A stretch of 64,000 nt of DNA. Origin: Pecten maximus (taxonomy: Eukaryota). Under the pieces are notes generated by a model that had not been told where the DNA came from, made no database searches, and worked only from the letters and a program-made list of their open reading frames with translations. The stretch lies in the NCBI RefSeq assembly GCF_902652985.1, contig NC_047027.1:13826001-13890000 (forward strand), given 5' to 3'. The translations under genes were made by a program, and so were the position numbers. Below are positions 1 through 13,735 of the stretch, piece after piece (position 1 is the first letter of the stretch; each line of letters begins with the position of its first letter).

Positions 1-3000
1 TGGTCTTCTAGTTCTGATTTGTATGGTGGTTAAGTCCTGATTTGTATGGTGGTTAAGTCCTGATTTGTATGGTCGTTAAGTCCTGATTTGTATGGTCGTT
101 AAGTCCTGATTTGTAAGGTCGTGAAGTCCTGATTTGTATGGTCGTTAAGTCCTGATTTGTATGGTCGTTAAGTCCTGATTTGTATGGTCGTTAAGTCCTG
201 ATTTGTATGGTCTTCTAGTCCTGATTTGTATGGTCGTTAAGTCCTGATTTGTATGGTCTTCTAGTCCTGATTTGTATGGTCTGCTAGTCCTGATTTGTAT
301 GGTCTTCTAGTCCTGATTTGTATGGTCGTTAAGTCCTGATTTGTATGTTCGTTAAGTTCTTATTTGTATGGTCGTTTAGTCCTGATTTGTATGGTCTTCT
401 AGTCCTGTTTTATATGTTCGTTAAGTTCTTATTTGTATGGTCGTTTAATCCTGATATGTATGGTCTTCTAGTCCTGATTTGTATGGTCTTCTAGTCCTGA
501 TTTTATGGTCGTTTAGTCCTGATTTGTATGGTCTTCTAGTCCTGATTTCTATGGTCTTCTAGTCCTGATTGGTATGGTCTTCTAGCCCTGCTGTGTATGG
601 TCGTTAAGTCCTGATTTGTATGGTCGTCTAGTCCTGATTTGTATGGTCTTCTATTCCTGATTTTATGGTCGTTAAGTCCTGATTTGTATGGTCTTCTAGT
701 CCTGGTTTGTATGGTCTTCTAGTCCTGATTTGTATGGCCGTTAAGTCCTGATTTGTATGGTCGTCTAGTCCTGATTTGTATGGTCTTCTAGTCCTGATTT
801 GTATGGTCTTCTAGTCCTGATGTGTATGGTCTTCTAGTCCCCATTGGTATGGTCGTTAAATCCAGATTTGTATGGTCGTTAAGTCCTGATTTGTATGGTC
901 GTTAAGTCCAGATTCGTATGGTCTTCTAGTCCTGATGTGTATGGTCTTCTAGTCCTGATTTGTATGGTCTTCTAGTCCTGATTTGTATGGTCTTCTAGTC
1001 CTGATTTGTATGGTCGTTAAGTCCAGATTTGTATGGTCGTTAAGTCCTGATTTGTATGGTCGTTAAGTCCAGATTTGTATGGTCTTCTAGACCTGATTTG
1101 TATGGTCTTCTAGTCCTTATTTGTATGGTGGTTAAGTCCTGATTTGTATGGTCGTCTAGTCCTGATTTGTATGGTCTTCTGGTCCTGATTTGTATGGTCG
1201 TCTAGTCCTGATTTGTATGGTCGTTAAGTCCTGATTTGTATGGTCGTTAAGTCCTGATTTGTATGGTCATTAAGTCCAGATTTGTATGGTCTGCTAATTC
1301 TGATTTGTATGGTCGTTAAGTCCTGATTTGTATGGTCGTTAATTCCTGATTTGTATGGTCGTTAAGTCCAGATTTGTATGGTCTGATAGTCCTGATTTGT
1401 ATGGTGGTTAAGTCCTGATTTGTATAGTCGTTAAGTCCTGATTTGTATGGTGGTTAAGTCCTGATTTGTATGGTGGTTAAGTCCTGATTTGTATTGTCTT
1501 TGAGTCTTGATTAGGGTGGTCTTTAAATTTGCATTAGTTTTAAGTCCTAATGTGTTTGGTCTTTAATTCTAGATTTGTATGGTCAGTACGTCCTGATGTG
1601 TATAGTTTTGAAGTCCTGATTTCGTATGGTCTTCTAGTCCTCATTGGTATGGTCGTTAAGTCCTGATTTGTATGGTCTGCTAGTCCTGATTTGTATGGTG
1701 GTTAAGTCCTGATTTGTATGGTCGTTAAGTCCTGATTTGTATGTTCGTTAAGTTCTTATTTGTATGGTCGTTTAGTCCTGATTTGTATGGTCTTCTAGTC
1801 CTGTTTTATATGTTCGTTAAGTTCTTATTTGTATGGTCGTTTAGTCCTGATGTGTATGGTCTTCTAGTCCTGATTTGTATGGTCTTCTAGTCCTGATTTT
1901 ATGGTCGTTTAGTCCTGATTTGTATGGTCTTCTAGTCCTGATTTCTATGGTCTTCTAGTCCTGATTGGTATGGTCTTCTAGCTCTGCTGTGTATGGTCGT
2001 TAAGTCCTGATTTGTATGGTCGTCTAGTCCTGATTTGTATGGTCTTCTAGTCCTGATTTTATGGTCGTTAAGTCCTGATTTGTATGGTCTTCTAGTCCTG
2101 GTTTGTATGGTCTTCTAGTCCTGATTTGTATGGCCGTTAAGTCCTGATTTGTATGGTCGTCTAGTCCTGATTTGTATGGTCTTCTAGTCCTGATTTGTAT
2201 GGTCTTCTAGTCCTGATGTGTATGGTCTTCTAGTCCCCATTGGTATGGTCGTTAAATCCAGATTTGTATGGTCGTTAAGTCCTGATTTGTATGGTCGTTA
2301 AGTCCAGATTCGTATGGTCTTCTAGTCCTGATATGTATGGTCTTCTAGTCCTGATTTGGATGGTCTTCTAGTCCTGATTTGTATGGTCTTCTAGTCCTGA
2401 TTTGTATGGTCGTTAAGTCCAGATTTGTATGGTCGTTAAGTCCTGATTTGTATGGTCGTTAAGTCCAGATTTGTATGGTCTTCTAGACCTGATTTGTATG
2501 GTCTTCTAGTCCTTAATTGTATGGTCTTCTAGTCCTGATTTGTATGGTGGTTAAGTCCTGATTTGTATGGTCGTCTAGTCCTGATTTGTATGGTCTTCTG
2601 GTCCTGATTTGTATGGTCGTCTAGTCCTGATTTGTATGGTCGTTAAGTCCTGATTTGTATGGTCGTTAAGTCCTTATTTGTATGGTCATTAAGTCCAGAT
2701 TTGTATGGTCTGCTAATTCTGATTTGTATGGTCGTTAAGTCCTGATTTGTATGGTCGTTAATTCCTGATTTGTATGGTCGTTAAGTCCAGATTTGTATGG
2801 TCTGATAGTCCTGATTTGTATGGTGGTTAAGTCCTGATTTGTATAGTCGTTAAGTCCTGATTTGTATGGTGGTTAAGTCCTGATTTGTATGGTGGTTAAG
2901 TCCTGATTTGTATTGTCTTTGAGTCTTGATTAGGGTGGTCTTTAAATTTGCATTAGTTTTAAGTCCTAATGTGTTTGGTCTTTAATTCTAGATTTGTATG

Positions 3001-3355
3001 GTCAGTACGTCCTGATGTGTATAGTTTTGAAGTCCTGATTTCGTATGGTCTTCTAGTCCTCATTGGTATGGTCGTTAAGTCCTGATTTGTATGATCGATA
3101 AGTCCTGATTTGTATGGTCGGTAAGTCCTGATTTGTATGGTCGTTAAGTCCTGATTTGTATGGTTTTCTAGTCCTGATTTGTATGGTCGTTAAGTCCTGA
3201 TGTGTATGGTCTTTAATTCCAGATGTTTATGGTCTTTAAGTCCTGATTTGTATGGGGTTTGAGTCGTGGTTTTGATTGGTGTTATATCCTGATTTGTATG
3301 GTCGTTAAGTCCTCATTTGTATGGTCGTTAAGTCCTGAATGGTATGGTCGTTAAG
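1..3355. repeat. 23-bp tandem satellite (consensus ATGGTCGTTAAGTCCTGATTTGT / ATGGTCTTCTAGTCCTGATTTGT) with a ~1.4-kb higher-order duplication
   Basis: Repeat unit is directly visible. The divergent block GAGTCTTGATTAGGGTGGTCTTTAAATTTGC recurs at 1502 and 2921. Confidence 0.97.
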
Positions 3356-3824
3356 CATTGATACGTAAGCCGTATATTGACAGAGAACCACTCCAAGAAT
3401 TGAATTATCACTTCAACTAGGTCATTTCCACACACTAGATAAATAACATGTTAAGGAAGAAATAAACCCACTTGAAACAGTTGTTTGTGCTAGTATTTAT
3501 TATAAGTAAAAACAAATAGAAAAATACACATTAGATTGAAAACAAATAATACAGTTCTTTTGTCACTATGTACAACTTAAAATTCCCACAAAATGCGTCT
3601 TTGCCGATGCTGCAGTGTTATCTTTGATTAATGTTACAACAGTCTACTTCATTCACTTTTTGACGCAGGAACATTTCTGTATGAAATGCACAATTATCAT
3701 TCATAGAAAGTACTTGAAGCTGTCGCTCAAACAACCTTATTGGTCAAAATTAAAACACATGTCGACCTATTATATACAGATCTGGTCGCAGCAAATGTTA
3801 TTGACAAAATGTGTCTATCCCTAG

Positions 3825-6800
3825 TTACCGAGAGAAAATATTCCGTCGGATGTTTTTGAACATCTTTAAGAGATTTCGGATATCCAAAAGTACCAGACAT
3901 ATTCCTAGTAATCCAAGAACGCATCCACACGTGTAACCTATGACCTTTGACGAGACCCTGTAGTCTGGAGCGGAGATGAGAGAGCGGATGTACATATTCG
4001 TCTTTTTCCGATGGACATACAGCTTTTCCCTCAGTAGTGTCAGCATAGCCGCCAGGTCTTCTTTAGTGTAATTCGCAGTGGAGTTTCTCGAACTACAACA
4101 TTGGCACGACCTGTTCTGCACCAGTGGTGAGGAAGGATCTGAAACAGCAATATAGGACTATTTAGGTCACAAGAAAGGATGGTAATAGGGTTATATAATT
4201 AACAATTTTGGTAAAGCACTTTCAGATCATATTTTCATAAACTCGAGCAAAGCACATACCAAATGAAACCAGGTGAAACTATCCATAACTGAAATGACCA
4301 TCGCTCTTAATATGACGTTTAAGAGTAAAATAGTACAGTAATTCACATCAATGGCATAACTCATTTAGCATGTTCTAAAGTTATAACCAATACGACGGAG
4401 TGAATGCTGTCGGACAATATTGCACACTCCACTATTTGATACATGTATGAAGTTAATTTAAGAACAACATCAAATTTGATATTTTGTAATGGTAGCAGGC
4501 TCTACTAGACCATTTAATTGATGTATATAGGGACGTTTGTTGGTGAAAAATGTGTGCATCACAGTTGAATCAAATACGTCGTAGAAGCCAAATGGTTAAT
4601 TCTCTCCCGATTTGACCTTTGCTCAAAGTAGTATATCAAAGAGTCGAATGCGATTTGTTATCCCTTCCTTCTAAATGTAAAAATTTCCCGTTCGTGTTGC
4701 AAATTGTGTTTGTCAATAAATCTAAGAAGTAGGTATCCACTGGTCAGGAAAGGTAATACAATTATTTATCCTGATAAATAATTAAATCAATTTCATTATT
4801 ACTATTTAATCCAATTGCAAAATATCTATAGTCAAAAGATACCATTGCAAATTTCACGTTTAATAATTAGAAATTAATATTGGCATATTTTAAAATAATC
4901 AAATCAGGCCAACCACCCCTGTATGCGCTGACGTAACGTATAAGCTTTATTTGCTATTGATTAGCAAATACAATATTTATAGGACTTTACAGGCCATTAC
5001 ATGTACTTTTTGAAAACGGCTTGTTTCTACAAATATTCGCCCATGATGAAATGATATAGTCAGATTAAAATTGATGTTTCTAAACAAAACATATCGAGGA
5101 TGTTTGTGCAAATATAATATTTAATTCATTAAATAAATTGCTGTTATATTTTGTATATGTACAGTGTCCTAGTTTTATTGATTTTGAGCTAGAAATACTG
5201 TTTTGGCTTTAGATGATACCTTCTATTGCTATTGAAATACCTTATCCCAGGCTTGTATTGTATTGATTTACTCAATAAAATCAAATGTTTGAAGGTCACT
5301 CAAATAATTACTGATATCAACCGGTTGCCAAAAAATATGGTATATTTCAATCGCGCGTAAATAAGCAAATATAAGCATGTCATAGGCGTAACGGTACATA
5401 TATCTAATAAGTCTTTTTGAAATCGCAACACTAAATCATAAATGCTTGACAGTAAAAGGTTAACCACAAAAATGACCAAAGGGAGGGTCTTCCCTTCCAG
5501 AAATAAAAACGAGGGTCTTCCCTTCCAAAAGTAAAAAGGCGGGTCTTCCCTTCCAAAAATGAAAAGGAGGATATTCCCTTCCAAAAATAAAAAGGAGGGT
5601 CTTCCCTTCATAATATGTAACAGTGGGTAATATATGTTTGCCAATGCGCAAACGAGAGATGACAACCTCTTGAAGATTAGCTCTACTTTACCACACGTAC
5701 CTTCAGGTTGAACATCGCGCTGTTTGTTTTACAGTTTGAGACAAGTGAACGTACATGGACAGTTGAAACAGTAAAGTCGAATGTTTTTCGTGGAGATATT
5801 AGGAAGAATAACATTACGTAGAGAAGATAAAAATACTATTAGATCCCAAATGTCGACAGCTATTACGTATCAATACAATCGGGGAAGCAGTTTCATTTTT
5901 TTACCGTTTTCCCCCTGAATAACTACATTCGTCGATAGGCTGTTAACAATATTATACATGCAGGACATTGTCAGCTATAAGTATAACCGGATAATGTAAG
6001 ACGCTTTGTACCTGCAGAATGTGTTTTGGTGTATTGTGAAATGTCCTATCAACAGCTATGGCCATTGAAGGACGGCCAATTATGTGTTTGATATGCATGC
6101 GTATACAATTAGTATATCTGTTTTGGAAGACTGGATATATTAATGTTTGTCGTCCGCACCAACTGACGATCAGGAGTAGCACCTAGTAACTAGAGACCAA
6201 TACATGAGGCAATGTTTACCAATAGGCGACCTCTATTCGAAAACGGTATTCATCTCTGGGATATAAAACATTCAGTGGAGATGGCTCTTTTGAAATATCA
6301 ATAGAGGTGTTTTTTTCAAATTCATTCCTACGTACGTAAAAACAAAATAAATTATTTTTGGATCAATATATATGTGCTCGATTTAATCTATACTTGTTAT
6401 TAACGGTACATAGCTTATATAAATCCATATATGAATAACAATCAAAAATTCCTCAGTGGAATGTGACAAATTGCCTACCTTCAGTGGAGCTGTCGGGTAA
6501 TCCTGAACTCTCGCTACACGTGACATTTTTATGTTCGCTGTTCCCCTGAATAAAATCAAAGCGAACACCTCAGATAGAATAGCAATTGTTTAATAGTAAC
6601 AAATAGTAAAAAGAAGAAACAAATATTTCATTCATTGATGTGCTTGGCTTGGATTTGTATTGTTTAACGTCCTATCAACTTATTGTCATTTAAGGACGGC
6701 CTCCCATGTTCATCACTTTCACCCAGTCCATATACTGACGTGGCAGTTATAACAACGTTTATTATTTCACACAATGCTATTTAAATCACCTGCTCTGCAG

Positions 6801-9800
6801 ATAGGTCGTGAGAACTGTACTTGCTACCCCTAATAATTGATAATACGGGGCGACTAAATTAGGGAACTTATCTTTTCTCTTTTATTCTTCACATTGCCTC
6901 CTTCGCAACTGGTTCACATTTGGCCTTAAGTTGAGCGTTCGTCTGTGTGAGGAAAGCTTTTGGTTCTGTCCCCTAGTAAAGCCATACCAGAGACATTAAA
7001 ATGGTAGGTACTACTCCTGCTGAGCCCTCGGCATATTAGGGGTAAGAATATCGGTTCGTTCGTTGTCAATGTAATATGATCGGGCTGGGTGTACTTGTAA
7101 AGCGTCTTCGGCAGTACCTTGTGGGTACGTAATTTCGTATATAGAAAACATTCCATCAAATTCATTTTAAATCGAGAGAGAATACCTCTCGTTGTTAGAT
7201 GTACAAATGCGTCGTAAAAGTGAGTGTGGAAACTGATGTGCAAACGCATATAATTGCGCATGGGAACTATTGTTAACTTGGGTGTATTTTGTTTGAATAC
7301 GATCGGGAACGTAATAACGCACACCTAAATAATTTCTGAAATGCTGTTGATAAAGATAGTTATCTACTTTTTTTTGGAGACAAGCAATATCCTTAACTGA
7401 TATTACGCCCAATGCTCTGACTAAACTAATCTTTAAAAAGACAGAAATTGTAAAATTTGAAAGCGTCAATTTATCTTAATTTCTGCTTGAGATAGTGACT
7501 CTCCCTATGGAGCTTATGTAAACAAGGCGACGAAAATGGCGAGGTTTCTGAAAGTTAACGCTGTCATCAGTAATAACTAGTGGACTTTAATTTAGCTTAT
7601 TCTGTTAAATGATATTTTCGTATATATTTGCAAATGCACATCCCATTAAAAAAGATACATTCTAGTATCAATCACGATATAAATGAAAACGAAAGGTCCC
7701 CAACCACTTGGAGGAAAACGCAAAAAAAAATCTTCAGGCGTGCAATATATGTTCTGTGCCAAATTATATATCCTTGCTTTATGTTTCAGTGAGGTAGCAC
7801 TTAAATTCGGCAAAAGTTCCGAACTATCAGAAGGAGACTTAACATAAAGATACTGCAGCCTCCCAAAACACACATATGCACTCACCGCACGCATGCATGT
7901 TGCACCCACGGGAGACCGTCCTTGAACGACATGAACTGTTAATAGGACGTTGAACGATTATAAACAAAACCAAAGTTATTCTAAGGAGGCAAACACTTAC
8001 ATACCGTAGCATCCAAAAACACACAAATCACCATTCGCATGTTGTTGATGGGACGTTAAACAATACTAGAAACGAAATATAAATAATACTTTTATCTGAA
8101 ATATCGGCATTATTGCTATTTGTCATTAAAAGGAATGACTTACCTTAGGGGTATGGTATAAAATCGGATATCCTATTCCTCTATCATCACAATTGTTTCC
8201 TTTACATCTTGTTCCATGAATATAAGCTGAAATCACAAAATGCTGCTTCGTGGATCTGATCGTGTAAGTCTGATTTCTTCGCAGTATTTTTACATAATGT
8301 ATGCATGTATTGATATAACTTGGACACTCGACGTATGTCAAAATCGTTTCATCAGTTGCATTGTTCACTGTAATGTTTTCGTTCGTTACGATAATTAATT
8401 GAGCATTATCCATGGCAGCTGGTACATAAACCATTGTATATCTAACCTCCTCGAGGGCCGGCAGTGTTATCAAACACGGGCGTGTATCATAATCTCTGAA
8501 TATGAGTATGGTTACTAGTATTGGCTTGTTTGAAGTCAGGAAACAGGTTTTGTTGTTAAATTGCAATGTCCTGTACGAGCCAGCTTCTGGTAAATCAAGA
8601 TATTCCGTGACGTTAGTTGAACATGTGTAGTTGACACAAGTATTTGGAAAACCTGACATAATCTTGCAGTCATATGTGAAACCTATTGGACCTGTCGTTA
8701 CGTACGCCTGACCCCAGTTGTCAGATGGCGGTAACTGTTCGACCAGGTGGTTTTTTCCATTATTACGACCAATAAGTTTGTTCCCGTTAAACACACTCAC
8801 AGTTCTAGAAGACCTTATCTCTGTTCCGGTAAAATCACTCGCCGCCGCGTATACTTTCATTGTACTGTATTCATTCAAAATTTCTGTTATAGTGCTTCCA
8901 TTTTTATAAGAGTTACCTTTATACGTTACTTTTGTAAAGGTTGTTCTAAGAAGAACATGTACGCATGTACCGGGATATATGCCAACAATGAGGAATTCCG
9001 ATTGAGAGCTTCCTGTGATAACAAAGTAGTGATTGCCTTGGTAATGGGTTGGAAGAGAAAGAAAACCTTCAAAACCTAATGTATGACGACTGATTCCATA
9101 CACGAACAACTGACGATCAGAGGTAACTTTGATTCCTTTCCGGCTTAAACCTGAACCATCTACTTCGAAGTCTTGATTGAAGGTCTCAGTATGGGCATAA
9201 AGGCTTTGAAGTATCACGTTCCTCAATTGTCCATCTTGGGATGAAATGTTGATAGAAGCATTGTCATTGTTTGGATTAAGAATAATGACATCACATCCAA
9301 GATGATTTGAATTAACTTTATTTTTCAAAAATCCCAGCATATGCATTAACGTTTGATTGGCGTCTCCATTGCTGCAATGCACTACAAATCAAGAATAAAA
9401 TATTCATTTTTTTTTAATTTTATGAAACACTACATAACAAATCTGAACTGATACGAGGGCTGATTGATATGGTGTGAGCATAATAATGGAAGATTTGAAT
9501 TTTGCCGGACATATTGTATTATTTTTCAACTTTATCCCCTTCAGCATCTATACACTTTTGCCAGCGGTGTCCATGCCACTTTTATAAAACTCCTTTTCTT
9601 GGCAGCTCAGAAAGTCATCCACTGCATGTATGACGTCATCATCGGACTGAAGGTTGATGCCCAAAATAGCTGTTTTCAGGTTTGGAAATAGATAAAAGTC
9701 TAATGGATCGAGGTGAATAAGGCGGATGTTCAATCAATTTAAAGTCACACCCCTGAATGGTAGCCATGGCAATGACAGACGTATGAACAGGGGCATTTTT

Positions 9801-11081
9801 CTGATGGAATAGCAAACTTTTAGGAAGTTTTCCTAAGTAAGTTTACAATTTTCCCGTAACTGCCTCATAAGTGAAGCTTTCTATGTGCCATTGATTGTTT
9901 GTCCCTTCTAGAGATAATCTATCAGCAGAATACCATCTGTATCCCAGAAAAACCGAGGTCATTACCTTCCAAGGTCTTCCAGGATTGGGGCGGGGGGGGG
10001 GGGGGGGTCATCCGCAAGGCTCTGTCGGCCGCGCTTAAATTCCGCCACCCACCTTTTTACTGTAGCATATGAGTACTTTCCTCAATACGACGCTCACAAC
10101 ATATCAATCATCCCTCGTATGTATTGATTTGCGACCCATTGATAATTGAAGAAAACAGCGTACATACATAACTTAAGATAAAAGTTAATCGTAAGTTAAA
10201 CCATATATACAGAATATTTGTCGAATAAGAATAACTTCAAAAATGCTAACAAATATTGTTCCATCATCAAAGGAATAAAAGCGAATAATTATTTGACATA
10301 AACACAAAGGCGATGTAGATTCAGATATTCATCAAACACATAAAGGTTTGCTGTACTCACTGTCAAATGGACACAAACAATACCTAGATTAACTACTGGA
10401 CAATTAAGGGATATTAAAAAGATCGTTGATCTGGTCTGCATAATGATGATGAAAAATGTATTGAAGTGTGTTCGACAGAAAGAAAAATAATTCTTTAGAG
10501 TACACTTCCTAAGGAGGAATGTTTAAAAATATTGCATTAATAATTACCTCAACTTTAAATTTAACTCTTTAGATACGATTTACACTGGTGTTAAACATCC
10601 AGGAATCAAATAAGGACATGGAGAACTTTACCTCCACATCACAGCTCAAGGCATCTGAAGATGCTCTGTAAAACAACGGGACCATCAGGCCCAGTTGTTC
10701 AAAAGGTGATAAGTCTAATCATAGTTTAATAACAATATTAAAATCCTGATTAAATGATTTCTAGTAAAACTTATCTGACAACATTTTCTGAAACTATAGC
10801 ACTCTTCAGTCTCTTCATACCCGCTTATTTTGAAGAATATCCCTACAGAAGTTTTTAAGTAAAGGAAAAATGAGTTGTTCACCTCTCAAGTGATTAAGCT
10901 AAACACCTTTTGAAAAACTGGGGCCTGATTGATTGATTTCATGTTGTATGACCCTCATGTATGGCTTCAATTGTCGGTTTAAACAATGATAGAACAATAA
11001 TGACAAGTGATTAAAGATTTTTGTCTTACCTTCAGATGCAGCCAAGAGAAACAGTATGTAATAAAACACCATGGAACCCAT
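3825..11081 (-). CDS. Single-pass membrane protein with IgGFc-binding (FCGBP N-terminal-like) domain, paralog A, ~556 aa
   Basis: Exons 11081-11030 (signal peptide MGSMVFYYILFLLAASE, phase 1), 9381-8144 (domain exon with EGFLSLPTH, FLIVG, DFTGTEIRSSRTVSVFNGN, HLVEQLPP..WG), 6545-6479 (Ser-rich linker) and 4138-3825 (CQCC, SAPDYRVS, TM helix, short tail). All introns are GT-AG and in frame. Confidence 0.88.
5480..5610. repeat. Short tandem repeat, ~29-bp unit (GAGGGTCTTCCCTTCCAAAAATAAAAAG), about 4.5 copies, intronic
   Basis: Directly visible. It explains the spurious ORFs at 5300-5665. Confidence 0.85.
6790..7972 (+). mobile_element. SINE-like family copy split by a ~660-bp insertion (about 7120-7780)
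   Basis: Head and body run 6790-7117 and end GTCTTCGGCAGTA. The element resumes at 7781 with TTTCAGTGAGGTAGCAC and runs to the tail GGACGTTGAAC...AAACCAAA. It is colinear with the copies at 13270-13735 and 28270-28586. Confidence 0.7.
9452..10119 (-). mobile_element. Internally deleted Tc1/mariner element in intron 1 of paralog A
   Basis: Terminal inverted repeats TACGAGGGCTGATTGATATGGTGTGAGC and GCTCACAACATATCAATCATCCCTCGTA with TA at both ends. Minus-strand transposase C-terminal remnant DFYLFPNLK...DDDVIHAVDDFL...FYKSGM. Confidence 0.9.
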
Positions 11082-13269
11082 TTCCTCAGTAAATCTTAAG
11101 TATATCTTGTAACTGCTAATAATTTGCTTATAAATGCTGTCGCATTAACACTTGTTAAACAAAGGACTGCTTTGTTGAAACCGTTTAACAGCTGAACGAT
11201 TTACAGAGTATTGTATTGTTAATTATATGAAATGGAATGATATGATGCACAAAACCATCCACAAGCTGTCTATTACCTTTTATAGTGAAATATGTTGCTT
11301 TGTAGATGGCAGAGCGCTAGTAAATGAAACATACATTTTCATTGGTAGGCATTATCAATACGATACGTGCCTGATGACACTGGAATGCTATGAGGATTGT
11401 GATTTGTTCGCTGCTAACGAATAGTTAGGTTGTAGCTGTTTAGTTTGTTTACATTATTACGAACACGTTATACAGTGATATTTAGTGTATTCGAAACAGC
11501 TATCAGCATTTAAGGACGTCCTTCCCATTGTTAGAGATATGAGATACATGAATGGGCCCGTGTGTTCGTGTTTGTGTATAATTAGCAAGGCAATACCGTT
11601 GGAACTTCTTAACATAAGCCTTTAAATCTTCGTTGCGCTGGAAATAAAGAACAGGAAATGGAAGTAATTATTATAACTTTCCCCCATTCTCATCTTTTAT
11701 TTCTTAACCACTTTCTTCTTACTATGTCTTCCTTGGCACTGTTTCACCTTCGGCCTTTAGTTAATTGTTCGTCCTTTGGCTTTAGATTCTGCCCTTATGC
11801 CGAGACACGCCAGAGTCTCTAACGAATGGACGTTTCTGCTCCACTTCCATCTGGGTGTCTGACTGTAAGCTTTAGTAAGGTAGAATTATAAAGTCGGAAT
11901 CGAGACAAACACGAACATACCGCAGACTCCAAACCACACAGTCACCACATGTATGATCTCGGAAGTAAAAGCCGTTCTTAAATGACTTAAGCTATTGGGT
12001 TGGCGTTTAACATTGTAAAGCTATAATTCATCTGAATGTTTATTGAAAGTGAAATGCTTGAAGATTAAATCGTTGTGGGTAGTGTTGTACTCTGGGTTTG
12101 TTTTTATTTATTGCTGTGTAATATATATCTTACATTCGACACCTATCCCAGGTCCCACTGTCGTCTTCATCTGCAATCATTGTTTCAATAGGAATCTTTG
12201 GGGTCTTTTTAGCTTCCCGACAGACAGTTCGTCCATTACTTGGTTTGATTATTTTAGAACATAAGCGACACCATGGTTCTTTCGAGGTGTGTTTCGGGAG
12301 GTATATTTGTGTTTGTATCCTTACGATATCGCAGAACCGATGCCGTCATTATAGTGCTACCTCACTGAAGCATACTGCCGTAGATAATGAGCAACAAACC
12401 CCTTCTTGTAACATTATACTGACAACGACGATTAAGTCGCCTAACTTCCGTAATTCTTGACATTATAATTATTATGTAAGTATTCAGATCAACACATTTG
12501 GAATCCGTACAGGTGCAAGGAGAGAATGATCCAGCCGTGTTTCACTGTATTTCGTAAGAAACGACTTATTGAATAATCTGGGTTTTTTCGTAAATGTCTT
12601 CTTGTAGGATTTGGAAACCAGATGGCATTTTGATTACCAATTAAAGGGAAAAAACAATTTTGAAAAAAGCCATGTATCTCCACGATCCCCCACTGCTTAC
12701 CATTATAGGACTAAAGGTCACTGAAATGCGTTCATATTCCCCATTCAAAGTCCGAAGCGTTTTGTATAGATGTCCTACTGCAAAAACAATATTGTGATAT
12801 GATGTATGGATGACATTCATATCACCATAAACCGCATGACTGATTCTGGTACACCCCATAAAATCAATAATGCTGCTGATGGTACTGCTAATAAACATCC
12901 GTCTAACTATGAAAATATTTTGCAAACTGGATTATTTTTTTAATTAGGTTTCCCATTTGATAAATATGAATAAATATGCTTCCTATAGCATAAGGTTATG
13001 TTTTATCGTTCTGGGTTTATAGTATATACATGTATAACGTCCTATCAACAGCCATGGTCATTCTGTGTACGTATGGCATGTAGTAAGTGTTTTCAAAACG
13101 GTTTGTCTGACACATCATTAGCCATGTTTACGTTTATGGAAAGAGAGGCTTCATTTACGGCTTCTCAGGTGCGAGATGCAGACAACCATGATGAGTCCAT
13201 CTGTGTGTTGTTTGCGGCTGCGGTATATTGGTGTCTGTCGCCTATTCTACATTATTCTTGTCCTGACAA

Positions 13270-13735
13270 TCCCGCCAAGATATTGGCCGTAATACATGTA
13301 CCTGCTGCCCCATCGCATGATTGTAAGAGGTGACTGAATTTGGGATTTACTTTTTACTTTTACATTTACTTTCCTCTTCCTCATGTCTTCCTTGGTAGTG
13401 CCTCACGTTTTGCGTTTAGTTAAGCGTTCGCCCCAATGAGGAAATTATATTCTGTCCCCTGGCAGGACATACCAGGGCCTTTAACAATGATAGTCGCTAC
13501 GCTTGCTTATCGCTAAGCATTTAAAGAGTCGGATAACTTCTTTGCCCGTTGACAATATAATGTGATCGGATGGGGTATCCTGCTTGGAGTCGTCGGCAGT
13601 ATGCTTCAGTGAGGCACGAGGGCCTACCAAAACACACATGCATACTATATACATGCACAGCGCACGCACGGAAGGTCGTCTTTAAACGACCGTAGCTGTT
13701 GATAGGACATCAAACAAATAAAACCAAAACCAACA
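13270..13735 (+). mobile_element. SINE-like family, near-complete copy. Other copies or fragments at ~11690-12010, 12240-12450, 14760-14905, 17790-17920, 18750-19192, 28270-28586, 29440-29700, 48020-48250, 50050-50460, 54975-55140, 58710-59175 and 61200-61370
   Basis: Shared blocks GTAAGAGGCGACTAAA, GGCCTTTAGTTGAGCGTTCG, GGTAGTTGCT..TCCTGCTTAGCGCTCA, CTTCAGTGAGGTAGCAC, ACACGAACATACCGCAGCCTCCC and tail GCTGTTGATAGGACGTTAAAC(AAACC)n, seen in both orientations. Confidence 0.8.

Noticed and set aside
1-3355. CRISPR-like array (also considered for 25810-28040 and 62568-63090)
   Set aside because: Head-to-tail monomers with no unique spacers, no cas genes and a eukaryotic context.
10361-10383. Possible micro-exon (ag|23 nt|gtgagt) in paralog A intron 1
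   Set aside because: 23 nt would shift the frame. Exon 1 already joins exon 2 in frame, as in paralog B.
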